NCBI GenBank assembly: GCA_041482275.1
Contig: JBGPDL010000006.1
Coordinates: forward strand, 1-62,314
Direction of reading: 5' to 3'
DNA from: Gemmatimonadota bacterium
GTDB lineage: Bacteria > Gemmatimonadota > Gemmatimonadetes > Gemmatimonadales > GWC2-71-9
Length of the DNA: 62,314 nucleotides
Part shown: one piece after another, positions 8,232 through 18,283 of the stretch
How the letters are laid out: each line of letters opens with the position of its first letter
Position numbering within the stretch: position 1 is the first letter of the stretch
Program-made: the position numbers and the translations under genes
Notes under the pieces: model-generated
Seen by the model: the letters and a program-made list of their open reading frames with translations, nothing else
The model's database searches: none
What the model was told of the DNA's origin: nothing

Positions 8232-9565
8232 CCGTCTTGTTCCCCGGCCGTGCGCTTCAGGTCCGCCCACCACTCCATGCGTTTCTTGATGTCCTTCTCG
8301 AACCCGAACTCCGTCGGCTCGTACCATTTCGCTCCCTTGAGCGGCCCCGGCAGATACTCCTGGGGCACGTAGGCATGCTCGTACGCGTGCGCGTATTTGT
8401 ACCCCGCGCCATACCCCAGCTCCTTCATCAGGTTCGTCGGGGCGTTGCGGATATGGAGCGGCACCGCCTCGGCCGGATGCTCGGTCGCCGCCGCCATCGC
8501 CTGGTCGAAGGCGGCATACACGCGGTTCGACTTGGGCGCGGTCGCCAGGTAGACCACCGCCTCCGCGAGCACCAGCTCGCCTTCGGGAGACCCGAGGAAA
8601 TGATACGCGTCCTTGGCGGCGAGCGTGAGCGAGATGGCCCGGGGGTCCGCGAGCCCCACGTCCTCCGCTGCGATCCGCACCAGGCGGCGCGCGACGTACA
8701 GCGGATCCTCCCCTCCGGCGAGCATACGGGCCAACCAGTAGAGCGAGCCTTCCACGTCCGAGCCCCGCACGGCCTTGTGCAGCGCCGAGATCAGGTTGAA
8801 GTGCTGGTCGCCGGATTTGTCGTAAATGGGGAGCGGCTTCTCGAGCACGGCCTGCACCACGTCGCTGGGAATGGGAGCGGGGAGAGGGGAGAGGTTCGTG
8901 ACGTGTTGGAAGACGGCTTCCAGCGCGTTCAACGCGCGCCTCGCGTCACCTTGGGCATGGCGAACGAGCAGGTCGATCGCCTCGCCACCGAGCTGTACCT
9001 CTCCCTTCTCCCCTCGCCCCTTTTGCTCTGCGGCGACGGCTCGCTGCACGACCGTCCGGATGTGCTCGTCGTTGAGCGGCTCCAGCACGAACACCCGGCA
9101 GCGCGACAGCAGCGCCCCGGTCAGCTCGAAGCTCGGGTTCTCGGTCGTGGCGCCGATCAGCGTCACGATCCCGTTCTCCACCCAGGGGAGGAACGCGTCC
9201 TGCTGCGCCCGGTTGAAGCGGTGGATCTCGTCGCAGAAGAGAATCGTGCCGCGCCCTTCGTACTTGAGCTGCTCTTCCGCCGCCTTGGTGATCTCCCGCA
9301 CACGTGCCACGCCTTCGGTCACGGCGGAGAACGGCTCGAAGTGACGGTCCGTGTAGTGGGCGATGAGGTGGGCCAGGGTGGTCTTGCCGGAGCCCGGCGG
9401 CCCCCAAAAGATGCACGACCCCACGTCGCCGCGGCGGATCAACTCGCCCAGCGGTCTCCCCGGACCGAGCAGCTGCTCCTGGCCGAGGAACTCTTCCAGG
9501 GTGTGCGGTCGCATCCGCGCCGCCAGCGGTTCCGAGGGGCGGGAGAAGAGCGTGGGCTCGGTCAT
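8228..9565 (-). CDS. rarA: Replication-associated recombination protein A (MgsA/RarA)
   Basis: PLAARMRP, GPPGSGKTT, DEIHRFN, GATTENPSF, ISALHKAVRGSD, EDVGLADP; ATGA overlap with the ZIP gene. Confidence 0.96.
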   Translation of the reverse strand: MTEPTLFSRPSEPLAARMRPHTLEEFLGQEQLLGPGRPLGELIRRGDVGSCIFWGPPGSGKTTLAHLIAHYTDRHFEPFSAVTEGVARVREITKAAEEQLKYEGRGTILFCDEIHRFNRAQQDAFLPWVENGIVTLIGATTENPSFELTGALLSRCRVFVLEPLNDEHIRTVVQRAVAAEQKGRGEKGEVQLGGEAIDLLVRHAQGDARRALNALEAVFQHVTNLSPLPAPIPSDVVQAVLEKPLPIYDKSGDQHFNLISALHKAVRGSDVEGSLYWLARMLAGGEDPLYVARRLVRIAAEDVGLADPRAISLTLAAKDAYHFLGSPEGELVLAEAVVYLATAPKSNRVYAAFDQAMAAATEHPAEAVPLHIRNAPTNLMKELGYGAGYKYAHAYEHAYVPQEYLPGPLKGAKWYEPTEFGFEKDIKKRMEWWADLKRTAGEQDG

Positions 9566-10281
9566 CGGCTCAGCTCGAGGAGGGCCCGCGTGAGGAAAAA
9601 CGCCGCCGCTCCGCTCAAGAACGCGAGCGGCGAGGCCCAACCCCGCTTCCCCTGGAACTCGGGCACGAGATTCGAGGCGGCCACATAGATCGTGACGCCG
9701 GCGGAAACCGCCAGCCCGTGCTGCGCCAGCCAGCCCAGCTGGTCGGTGAGCACCACCCCGACGAGAGTGGCCAGGCCGAGGAGCGTCGCCGCACCCACCG
9801 CTTGTCCTCCCGACCGCCCAACCGCCAGATACAGGCTCGAGATGGTCACGCCCTCCGGCAGCTTGTGGAGAAAGATCGCGACGAACACCATCATGCCCAG
9901 ACTGGGGCGCACCAGGAATGCGCTCGCGATCGCCACCCCATCGAAGAAGGTGTGGAGCAACAGTCCGACCAGAGCCGACGGTCCGGCGGCGGGATGCACC
10001 GCGTGAGTCTCCTCGCCGAAATGGAAGTGCGGCGTGAGCGTGTGCTGCGTGAGATGGACCGCCAGATAGCCCGCGAGCACCAACGCGGGCGCCGCGTCGC
10101 CCGAGCGAGCGAAGGCCGCGGGCAGAACTTCCATCAGCGCCACCGCCAGCATGAACCCGGCTCCGAACGCGACGAAGTGCTCGATCACCGTGAGCTCGCG
10201 GGCGGCGCGCCGCGTTACGGCGAGGGCGCCGATGACGTTGCCCAGCGCGGCGATCAGTGCCCAGCCGAGCGCGCTAGACAC
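9562..10281 (-). CDS. ZIP family metal transporter
   Basis: Multi-TM; FGAGFML, HFHFGEETH, HTFFDG and HKLPEG motifs. Confidence 0.9.
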   Translation of the reverse strand: MSSALGWALIAALGNVIGALAVTRRAARELTVIEHFVAFGAGFMLAVALMEVLPAAFARSGDAAPALVLAGYLAVHLTQHTLTPHFHFGEETHAVHPAAGPSALVGLLLHTFFDGVAIASAFLVRPSLGMMVFVAIFLHKLPEGVTISSLYLAVGRSGGQAVGAATLLGLATLVGVVLTDQLGWLAQHGLAVSAGVTIYVAASNLVPEFQGKRGWASPLAFLSGAAAFFLTRALLELSR

Positions 10282-11455
10282 GGGACAGGAGATAGTCGCG
10301 GGTGTTGCGCGCCGGGTCAGCCAACACCTCGCTGAGCAGCCGCTGCAGGGCTGCTCCCATGTCTGGCCCCGGACGGACGCCGACCGCGAGGAGATCGTCG
10401 CCCGTTACGGCCAGGTCCTTCACGGTCAGCGGGTCCTTGGCGGCACGGATCGCCTCCACGACTCGCGGGACCGGGGAGCGGGGAGCGGGACTGGCCGCGA
10501 GCAGGGCCAGCAGGTCGTCCGCATATACGCCGACCTGGGACAGCCAGCGTCGCACCTCGGGAAGATGCTTCGGGTCAGGGTAGTTGTCGCGCCACTGCCC
10601 GATGGCCCTTCCCCGCTCGATATCCTTGGTCGAGCACTTCAGCCGGGTGAGCAAGGATGCCGGATCACCCGCGAGATAGGCGGTAACGAGCACCGGATCG
10701 CGCGGCAGCTCGTCCACCGCCCCGAAAATACCGCTCCCCGCTCCCCGCTCCCGGATCTCCGGCAGCCAGATCCGCGCCGCTCCCACCTCCACCCACAGTC
10801 GCAGCAGCTTCGACACCCTGCCCGCCGTCCTGATGCCCTTGAACCACTCGTCCCGCACCCGCTCGGCCGACAGCTGCGCTAGTCCCTGGACGTTGGCCTT
10901 GGCGGCTTCGAGGGTACGCGGGTGGATGCGGAACTCGAACCGCGCGCTGAAGCGCAGGGCCCGCAGGATCCGCAGGTAGTCCTCCTGAAACCGCCAGTTG
11001 GGGTCGCCCACCGAGCGGATCAGCTTGGCTTCGAGGTCGTCGGCGCCGTTGAACGGATCGCGCCACTCGTGCCGGATCGGATGATAGGCGATCGCGTTGA
11101 TCGTGAAGTCGCGCCGCGCTAGATCATCCATCAGCGACACGCCGAACTCCACCACGGCGTGGCGGCCGTCCGTCTTGATGTCCTTGCGGAACGTGGTGAC
11201 CTCGTGCTGCCGGCGGTCGCCGTCAAGCACGGCGACCGTGCCGTGCTCGATTCCCACGGGCACCGTGCGCTTGAACAGCCGCTGCACCTCGGCGGGCGGT
11301 GCCGCCGTGGTGAGGTCGAAGTCGTGGTTCTCGAGCGCGAGCAGATTGTCGCGGATCGCGCCGCCCACGCACCACGTCTCGTAGCCGGCGTCTTCAAGCT
11401 TCCGTGCAATCCGAAGGACCTCGTCCGGGATCGGCAGACGATCCGGGAACGTCAT
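10274..11455 (-). CDS. cca: CCA tRNA nucleotidyltransferase / poly(A) polymerase family
   Basis: VGGAIRD, DFD, EVTTFR, DLARRDFTINA, EDYLRILRALRF. Confidence 0.9.
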   Translation of the reverse strand: MTFPDRLPIPDEVLRIARKLEDAGYETWCVGGAIRDNLLALENHDFDLTTAAPPAEVQRLFKRTVPVGIEHGTVAVLDGDRRQHEVTTFRKDIKTDGRHAVVEFGVSLMDDLARRDFTINAIAYHPIRHEWRDPFNGADDLEAKLIRSVGDPNWRFQEDYLRILRALRFSARFEFRIHPRTLEAAKANVQGLAQLSAERVRDEWFKGIRTAGRVSKLLRLWVEVGAARIWLPEIRERGAGSGIFGAVDELPRDPVLVTAYLAGDPASLLTRLKCSTKDIERGRAIGQWRDNYPDPKHLPEVRRWLSQVGVYADDLLALLAASPAPRSPVPRVVEAIRAAKDPLTVKDLAVTGDDLLAVGVRPGPDMGAALQRLLSEVLADPARNTRDYLLSRV

Positions 11456-11486
11456 ACGGTGCGGAATGGAGAATGCGGCATTGGAT

Positions 11487-12251
11487 TCATCCGCACAGCA
11501 CGCTCCCGCCGTTCACGTTGAGGACCTCGCCCGTGATGTGGCGCGCCAGGTCGCAACACAGGAACACGATCGGGCCGGCGCAGTCCGCGGCACTGGCCAC
11601 CCGACCGAGGGGGATGGTCCGTTCGATCTCCCGCTTCCCCCGTCCCCCGTCCCGGGCATACGGCTGCTCCGCCATCTCCGTATCCACCCATCCCGGGGCG
11701 ACGCAGTTCACATTGATGCGACGCGGGGCCAGCTCGATCGCGAGCGACTTGGTAAGCGCGATCACCGCGCCCTTGGCGGCCGCGTAGTCGGCATGGAACG
11801 CCTCGCCGCGCTGGCCCGCGGTGGACGACACCAGCACGACCTTGCCGCCGTCCGGCAGCCGCGGGACGCCGGCGCGGCACACGTACAGCACGCTGTCGAG
11901 ATTGGCCCGGCGCGTCTCCTCCCACTGCGCGTCGCTCAGCTCGGCCACGGCCACGTCGTCGGGCGGCCAGATCCCGTGGTTCACGATCAGCACGTCCAGC
12001 CCGCCCAAAGCCTGCACCGCTTCGCCCACGGCGCGTTGGGCCGCGACCGGATCTCCCAAGTCACCGGCGATACTGACCGCCCGACCGCCCGTCCGCCCGA
12101 CCGCTTTGCAGGTCTCCTCCGCGTCCTCCCTGCGGCGCCGGTACCCCACGGCGACGGTGCATCCGGCCTGCGCCAGCAGCAACGCCGTCGCCCGCCCGAT
12201 GCCACGACTTCCCCCGGTGACGAACGCACGCTTGCCTTCGAGGGAAATCAC
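11487..12251 (-). CDS. SDR family oxidoreductase (FabG-like)
   Basis: TGGSRGIG, YAAAK and NCVAPG motifs; GTGA overlap with gmhA. Confidence 0.9.
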   Translation of the reverse strand: MISLEGKRAFVTGGSRGIGRATALLLAQAGCTVAVGYRRRREDAEETCKAVGRTGGRAVSIAGDLGDPVAAQRAVGEAVQALGGLDVLIVNHGIWPPDDVAVAELSDAQWEETRRANLDSVLYVCRAGVPRLPDGGKVVLVSSTAGQRGEAFHADYAAAKGAVIALTKSLAIELAPRRINVNCVAPGWVDTEMAEQPYARDGGRGKREIERTIPLGRVASAADCAGPIVFLCCDLARHITGEVLNVNGGSVLCG

Positions 12252-12823
12252 AGCCCCAGCGCCTCCTCGACCATCGCACACACGATGTGCTCTACGGCGA
12301 GGTGCAACTCCTGGATGTGTGACGTCTCATCGGAAGGTACGACGAGATAGTGGTCTGCGAGACTTTTCAGGGCCCCACCACCCTTGCCCAGCAGGGCAAC
12401 GACCTTCACACCCTTGACCTTCGCCGCCTGAGCGGCGCGAAGCGTATTGGGACTCTCACCGCTCGTAGAGTGCAAGACGAGCACGTCCCCGGAACGGGCC
12501 AGCGCTTCGACCTGGCGCGCGAAGATCTCGTCGTACCCCAGGTCGTTGGCGCACGCCGTGAGGAGCGAGGTGTCGGTGGTGAGGGCCACGGCGCGGAGCG
12601 CGGGGCGGTTGGACTGGTATCGCACCACGTATTCGGTGGCGAGATGCTGCGCGTCGGCCGCGCTGCCGCCGTTGCCGGCGAAGAACAGGGTCCCCCCCGC
12701 CCGCAGCGCGGCGACGTAGGTATCCACGATCGTGGCGATCGTATCCGCGTGCTGCTCTCCGACCCGCGCGGCGAGCGCCGCCAGGGCGTCGAGCCCCGCC
12801 CGGGCCTGCTCGGCAGGGGTCAC
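12248..12823 (-). CDS. gmhA: Phosphoheptose isomerase (SIS domain)
   Basis: GNGGSAADAQH, NDLGY, STSGES and IQELH; start moved to GTG 12823 (GTGA overlap). Confidence 0.93.
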   Translation of the reverse strand: MTPAEQARAGLDALAALAARVGEQHADTIATIVDTYVAALRAGGTLFFAGNGGSAADAQHLATEYVVRYQSNRPALRAVALTTDTSLLTACANDLGYDEIFARQVEALARSGDVLVLHSTSGESPNTLRAAQAAKVKGVKVVALLGKGGGALKSLADHYLVVPSDETSHIQELHLAVEHIVCAMVEEALGL

Positions 12824-13554
12824 TGCGCCAGCGCCTCTACCAGCGCCCGGAGATGCGCCTCCGCCCCCGACGAGCCATGCTCCTCGACCGCGGTCCCGAC
12901 CACCACGAAATCCGCGCCCGCCGTCCGCGCGGCCCGCACCTGCTGCGCCGTCCGGATGCCTCCGCCCACGAACAGCGTGAGCCCCGGGACCGCGGCGCGG
13001 CACGCGCCGATCACGCTGGCGTCCACCGGATGCGGCGCGCCGCTCCCGGCGTCGAGGTAGATCGCCTGCATGCCGATGAGCCGCGCCGCGGTCGCGTGCG
13101 CCGCGACGAGCTCGGGCTTGTCCGCCGGCAGAGGGCGGGTCTGGCTCACCGCTTCCACGCTCGTGACCCGGCCTCCGTCCACGAGGATGTAGCCCGTCGA
13201 CAGGGTGGGGACCGGATGGCGCGTCAGGAACGGCACGGCGCGCACGTGCTCCTCGATCAGGTACTGCGGATTCCGCCCGGAGACGAGCGACAGGAACAGC
13301 ACGAGGTCCACCTCGGCCGTCAGCTGCAGGGCCGACCCCGGGAACAGCGCCACGGGCAGGCCGGTCGCCGCCTCCCGGATCGCCCGTGCCACGCGCTCGG
13401 TGTCCTGCGTGCCGTCGAACGACGAGCCGATCATCAGCCCCGCGGCGCCGGCCTGCTGCGCGGTCCGCGCCACGGCTCCCGCCTCCACCGGTGCGGTGCG
13501 GCTGGGGTCCACCAGCACCAGCAGTCCCGGTCGCCGCTCGAGCAGCCCCTTCAC
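12820..13554 (-). CDS. Geranylgeranylglyceryl/heptaprenylglyceryl phosphate synthase (GGGPS/PcrB family)
   Basis: LVDP, LFPG, FLSLVSGRNPQYLI, YLDAGSGA, VGGGIR and VVGT motifs; GTG 13554. Confidence 0.88.
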   Translation of the reverse strand: MKGLLERRPGLLVLVDPSRTAPVEAGAVARTAQQAGAAGLMIGSSFDGTQDTERVARAIREAATGLPVALFPGSALQLTAEVDLVLFLSLVSGRNPQYLIEEHVRAVPFLTRHPVPTLSTGYILVDGGRVTSVEAVSQTRPLPADKPELVAAHATAARLIGMQAIYLDAGSGAPHPVDASVIGACRAAVPGLTLFVGGGIRTAQQVRAARTAGADFVVVGTAVEEHGSSGAEAHLRALVEALAQ

Positions 13555-13850
13555 CGCCCACCCTCCGCCACGCGATCGGCGAGCGCACTCAACCCGCCGG
13601 CGTCGGCCTCCGCTTGAGCCTCGAACGCGTAGGTGACGAACGCGTCGGCCGCGAGCAGATCGAGTGCCAGCTCCCGTCCGCCCTCCGGGCGGCGGGCCAC
13701 ACGCGCCAACGCCTGCTCCCCGAGGTGTGCCAGGTGGTCCGGCAGCCGCAGGTCGGCGTCGGCCAGCGCCGCCGCGAGGTGGGTGAGCAGCGCCTCCGGC
13801 GGCGCCGGGCGCCGCGCCTCGAGCCAGGCAAGCAATTCGCGACGGGTCAT
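13551..13850 (-). CDS. Hypothetical protein (99 aa)
   Basis: Exactly fills the alaS-GGGPS gap with ATGA and GTGA overlaps; MTRRELLAWL...LDLLAADAFVTYAFEA. Confidence 0.75.
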   Translation of the reverse strand: MTRRELLAWLEARRPAPPEALLTHLAAALADADLRLPDHLAHLGEQALARVARRPEGGRELALDLLAADAFVTYAFEAQAEADAGGLSALADRVAEGGR

Positions 13851-16459
13851 CGGCCGAGCAGCCTCGCCACGATCGCCGCCGCCCGCGCTCGCGCCTCGCC
13901 CAACTTCGCGGCATCGCCCGCGCCGGCGGACGCGAAATGGGGCCGGCCGCCGCCCTTGCCGCCGCTCACCGCCGCGATCGCGCTGGCGATCTCTCCAGCC
14001 TTGACTCCCTGGGAGATCAGGTCGTCGGTCACGGCGACGTGGATGCCCGCACGCTCTCCGTTCGTAAACAGGATCGAGATCGCGTGCGTGTGGCTCGCCC
14101 GGAACGCATCCATCACGAGCCCGATCTGATCGCGGTCCTCGAGATCCGAGTCGGCAATGTGCACCTCCACATCCCCTATCTTTTCGACCCTTTCCCCTTC
14201 CCCCTTCCCCGTTCCCCCTTTGAGCAGCTCCTCCACCCGCTTCTCGAGCTTCCGATTCTCCTCGAGCAGCTGCTCGATCCGGCGCACCAGATGCTCGGGT
14301 TGCGTCTTCAGGGCGCCCGCCGCTTGCTCGAGCTCTCCATCCACGCGTCGAATCAGCGCGTAGGCCCCCGGACCGGTCACCGCCTCGATGCGCCGCACGC
14401 CGGCCGCTGCGCCCGTCTCGTGCGTGAACCGGAACAGCGCGATCTGCCCCGTGCTCGGCACGTGCGTCCCGCCGCACAGCTCGACCGAGACACCGGGCAC
14501 GTCCACCACGCGCACGATGTCCCCGTACTTCTCGGTGAAGAACGCCATCGCGCCCGCGGCGATCGCTTCTTTGTATTTCATCTCGCGGGTCGTGACGGGG
14601 AGGTTCTCCCAGATGTGGCGGTTCACTTCCTCCTCGATGCGCGCGAGCGTCGCGTCGTCCACCGGCCCGTGATGGGCGAAGTCGAAGCGCAGCCGCTCGG
14701 GGGCCACCACCGAGCCCTGCTGGCGCACGTGCGGGCCGAGCAGCTTGCGGAGCGCGGCGTGCACGAGGTGGGTCGCCGTGTGGTTGCGCTCGATGTTCTT
14801 GCGCCGCAGCTCGTCCACCTGGGCCAGCACCGCCGCCGGCTCGAACTCATGCTCGAAGCGTCCGACGACGGCGCTCACGCCGTCCACTTTCTCGACCCCG
14901 TCCACATCGAGCGTCCAGCCGTCCCCCTTCACGCGCCCCGTGTCGCTCACCTGGCCGCCCGATTCGGCGTAGAACGGATTCTCCTCGAGCACCACTTCCA
15001 CCACGTCCTGCGACTGGCGAAACTTGAGCACCTCGGTCTCGGCCCGCGTCATTTCGTAGCCCACCCACTTCTGCTTCCGCTTGGGCTTCACCGCGCGCCA
15101 TTCGCCGCTGCGCTGCACGTGCACGGCCGGGCCTTCCCCGGCCTTGCTGCGGCGCAACGCGTCGTGCGAGCGGCTGCGCTGCCGCTCCAGCTCACGCTCG
15201 AACCCCGCGACGTCCACCGTCTGGCCGCGCTCGAGAGCGATGATCTGCGTCAGATCGATCGGGAACCCGTAGGTGTCGTACAGCTTGAACGCCTCGGCCC
15301 CGGAGAGCGCCTGCGCGTTCTTCAACTCCTCGAGCCGCTCCAGGCCCCCTTCGATCGTGTCGAAGAAGCGCTCCTCCTCGGCCCGCGTCACGGTCTCCAG
15401 GTGGGCCCGCTTGGCGGCGAGCTCTGGATAGACCCCGCCCAGGACGCCCTCGACCGTGCGGACCAGGTGGACGAGCGTCGGCTCGCGGCGCCCCAGCAGC
15501 CAGGCGTGGCGCACGGCGCGGCGCAAGATGCGGCGCGCCACATAGCCGCGCCCTTCGTTCGACGGGTACACGCCGTCCGCCAGCAGGAACGCCACGGCCC
15601 GGGCGTGATCGGCGAGCACGCGATACGACGCGCCGCCGGGCCCGCGATCGTACTTCTTCCCCACCACCTCCACCGCACGCTCGATGATCGGCGTGAAGAG
15701 ATCGGTGTCGAAGTTCGAGGGTACCCCCTGCATGACGGCCGCGACGCGCTCGAGACCGGCGCCGGTGTCCACCGAGGGAGCGGGGAGCGGGGAGCGGGAC
15801 CCATCGGCCTGCTGGTCAAACTGCATGAACACGAGGTTCCAGATCTCGAGCAGTTGGCCCGCTTCACTGAGCCGGAGGAAGTCATCGAGCGAGGGACTGC
15901 TCCCCGCTCCCCGCTCCCTGACGTCGACCAGCATCTCGGAACACGGCCCGCACGGCCCCGCCTCCCCCATCTGCCAGAAGTTGTCCTTATCGCCGAGTCC
16001 GTAGATCCGCGAGTCGGAAATACCGGTGAGCTTGCGCCACAACCCGCGCGCCTCGTCGTCCGTGTGGTGCACCGTCACGTACAGTCGGGCCGGATCGATC
16101 CCGAGCCAATCCTTCCCCGTCACCCACTCCCACGCGTACGCGATGGCGTCGTGCTTGAAATAGTCGCCGAACGAGAAATTCCCGAGCATCTCGAAGAAGG
16201 TGTGGTGCCGCGCCGTGTGGCCTACGTGCTCCAGGTCGTTGTGCTTCCCGCCCGCGCGCACGCACTTCTGGCACGTCACCGCCCGCGTGTAGTCCCGTCG
16301 CTCGAGCCCCTGAAACACCCGCTTGAACTGCACCATCCCGGCGTTGGTGAAAAGCAGGGTGGGGTCGTCCGCGGGGACCAGCGAGGCGCTCGGGACCTCC
16401 TGGTGTCCCCGGGCGGTGAAGAACGCGAGGAACTTGCGACGGATTTCCGCGGCGGTCAT
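13847..16459 (-). CDS. alaS: Alanine--tRNA ligase
   Basis: DPTLLFTNAGM, HHTFFEMLGNFSFGDYFK, NHTATHL, ELCGGTHV and GKGGG. Confidence 0.98.
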   Translation of the reverse strand: MTAAEIRRKFLAFFTARGHQEVPSASLVPADDPTLLFTNAGMVQFKRVFQGLERRDYTRAVTCQKCVRAGGKHNDLEHVGHTARHHTFFEMLGNFSFGDYFKHDAIAYAWEWVTGKDWLGIDPARLYVTVHHTDDEARGLWRKLTGISDSRIYGLGDKDNFWQMGEAGPCGPCSEMLVDVRERGAGSSPSLDDFLRLSEAGQLLEIWNLVFMQFDQQADGSRSPLPAPSVDTGAGLERVAAVMQGVPSNFDTDLFTPIIERAVEVVGKKYDRGPGGASYRVLADHARAVAFLLADGVYPSNEGRGYVARRILRRAVRHAWLLGRREPTLVHLVRTVEGVLGGVYPELAAKRAHLETVTRAEEERFFDTIEGGLERLEELKNAQALSGAEAFKLYDTYGFPIDLTQIIALERGQTVDVAGFERELERQRSRSHDALRRSKAGEGPAVHVQRSGEWRAVKPKRKQKWVGYEMTRAETEVLKFRQSQDVVEVVLEENPFYAESGGQVSDTGRVKGDGWTLDVDGVEKVDGVSAVVGRFEHEFEPAAVLAQVDELRRKNIERNHTATHLVHAALRKLLGPHVRQQGSVVAPERLRFDFAHHGPVDDATLARIEEEVNRHIWENLPVTTREMKYKEAIAAGAMAFFTEKYGDIVRVVDVPGVSVELCGGTHVPSTGQIALFRFTHETGAAAGVRRIEAVTGPGAYALIRRVDGELEQAAGALKTQPEHLVRRIEQLLEENRKLEKRVEELLKGGTGKGEGERVEKIGDVEVHIADSDLEDRDQIGLVMDAFRASHTHAISILFTNGERAGIHVAVTDDLISQGVKAGEIASAIAAVSGGKGGGRPHFASAGAGDAAKLGEARARAAAIVARLLGR

Positions 16460-16524
16460 GGGGGTGAATATACTGCCCCGCGGCGAGCAACTGAAAGGCT
16501 AGCTAGGAGTTATCCGAGTCGGCG

Positions 16525-17154
16525 TCACCCGCACAGCTCTTCGATCAGGGCCCTTACCTGCGGCCCGGCGTAGCCGCGACGCATCAGGAAGGCGAGGAGG
16601 CGGCGCCTGCGCACCAGAGGCGGGAGCCCGTCCAGCTGCCGGGCGCGCTTGACCGCCACCGCGCGCGCTTCCTGCCGGGGGTCGATGTCCTCGTCGTCGA
16701 GCGCCTGCCGCACCGCGTCCTCCGCGGTGCGGCGCTCCACTCCCTGCGCCAGCAGATCCTGGATGAGGCGCGCCGGGCCCTTGCCACGCGTCGCGCGGAG
16801 CGCCGCGTATTGCTCGGCGAACCGCCGGTCGTCGAGCAGGCCGCGGGCCGCCAGCCGCTCGAGGGCCGCATCCACGGCGCGCGGGGGATGTTGTTTCTTC
16901 ACGAGACGCCGCTGCAGGTCGCGCCGGGCGTGCGCCCGGCGGGCAAGCGCGCGCAAGGCCGCGCGCTCCGCGGCCTCGACGTCGGCGAGCTCGCGCAACC
17001 GCTCGAGCACAGCCGGTGCGAGCCCGGCGCCCAGCCGCAGACCGAGCGGCTCGAGCACCGCCGCCGGCAGCGAAGCGAATCGCCCCCGGTCCACCTCGAC
17101 CAGCCGGTAACCCGGCTGGCGTGGATCGGGGGCGAGGCCGGTGAGCGTCGGCAC
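16525..17154 (-). CDS. recX: Regulatory protein RecX
   Basis: Abuts the recA stop; GLLDDRRFAE, KGPARL and FLMRRGY. Confidence 0.9.
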   Translation of the reverse strand: MPTLTGLAPDPRQPGYRLVEVDRGRFASLPAAVLEPLGLRLGAGLAPAVLERLRELADVEAAERAALRALARRAHARRDLQRRLVKKQHPPRAVDAALERLAARGLLDDRRFAEQYAALRATRGKGPARLIQDLLAQGVERRTAEDAVRQALDDEDIDPRQEARAVAVKRARQLDGLPPLVRRRRLLAFLMRRGYAGPQVRALIEELCG

Positions 17155-18234
17155 TCACTCCTCGGGGGAAGGGGCCTCCTCGTCGGCCGCCACCGGGGCG
17201 GCCTTCACGCCGAGGTGCTCCTTCACCTTCGCCTCGACTTCCAACGCGAGATCGGGGTGATCCTTCAAGTACAGCTTGGCGTTTTCGCGCCCCTGCCCGA
17301 TCCGCTCCTTGCCGTAACCATACCACGCGCCGGACTTCTCGATGATCCCAGCCTCCGCCGCGATGTCCACCAACAGCGACTCGTGGCTGATGCCCTCGTC
17401 GAACATGATGTCGAACTCGGCCTGACGGAACGGCGGGGCCACCTTGTTCTTCACCACCTTCACGCGCACGTGGTTCCCGATCACCACCTCGCGCTCCTTC
17501 ACCGGACCGATGCGCCGCATGTCCAGCCGCACCGACGCGTAGAACTTGAGCGCCCGGCCGCCCGTGGTCGTCTCCGGGTTGCCGAACATGACCCCGATCT
17601 TCTCGCGCAGCTGATTGATGAAGACGACGGAGGTGCGCGAGCGGTTGATCGCGCCGGCGAGCTTGCGGAGCGCCTGGCTCATGAGGCGCGCCTGCAGGCC
17701 GGGAAGCGAGTCGCCCATCTCTCCCTCGATCTCGGCCCTGGGAACGAGCGCGGCGACCGAATCGATCACCACCACGTCCACCGCTCCGGAGCGCACCAAG
17801 ATCTCCGTGATCTCGAGCCCCTGCTCGCCGGTGTCCGGCTGCGAGACGAGCAGGTTGTCGATGTCCACGCCGAGCTTCTTCGCGTATTCCACGTCGAGCG
17901 CATGCTCCGCGTCGATGTACGCAGCCGCGCCACCTTGGCGCTGCGCGTTCGCAACGATGTGCAGCGCCAACGTGGTCTTACCGCTCGACTCGGGCCCGAA
18001 GATCTCGGTGACGCGGCCGCGCGGTATCCCGCCGATCCCGATGGCCGCATCCAGATTGATGGCGCCCGTCGGAATCACCTCCACCCGCACGCGGGGGGAA
18101 TCCGCCCCCATCCGCATGATCGCACCCTTGCCGCAGGTCTTCTCGATCTGCGCGATGGCCAGGTTCAGGGCCTTCTTGCGCTCGTCCGAGAGCTGCGCGA
18201 CTTCCTTTTCGGCCGCCATGAGTGTCCTCGACAT
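17155..18234 (-). CDS. recA: Recombinase RecA (alternative start 18219)
   Basis: [29 protein letters not shown] and GGRALKFY. Confidence 0.98.
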   Translation of the reverse strand: MSRTLMAAEKEVAQLSDERKKALNLAIAQIEKTCGKGAIMRMGADSPRVRVEVIPTGAINLDAAIGIGGIPRGRVTEIFGPESSGKTTLALHIVANAQRQGGAAAYIDAEHALDVEYAKKLGVDIDNLLVSQPDTGEQGLEITEILVRSGAVDVVVIDSVAALVPRAEIEGEMGDSLPGLQARLMSQALRKLAGAINRSRTSVVFINQLREKIGVMFGNPETTTGGRALKFYASVRLDMRRIGPVKEREVVIGNHVRVKVVKNKVAPPFRQAEFDIMFDEGISHESLLVDIAAEAGIIEKSGAWYGYGKERIGQGRENAKLYLKDHPDLALEVEAKVKEHLGVKAAPVAADEEAPSPEE

Positions 18235-18260
18235 GGGTTGGGAGCCTCCGCATGAGAGGC

Positions 18261-18277
18261 CCGAATATATACCGAAA
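18261..18277 (-). promoter_or_regulatory. Direct repeat upstream of recA, candidate SOS (LexA) operator
   Basis: Minus strand TTTCGGTATATATTCGG: TTCGG twice at an 11-bp period around an AT-rich core. Confidence 0.4.
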
Positions 18278-18283
18278 CCGGGC

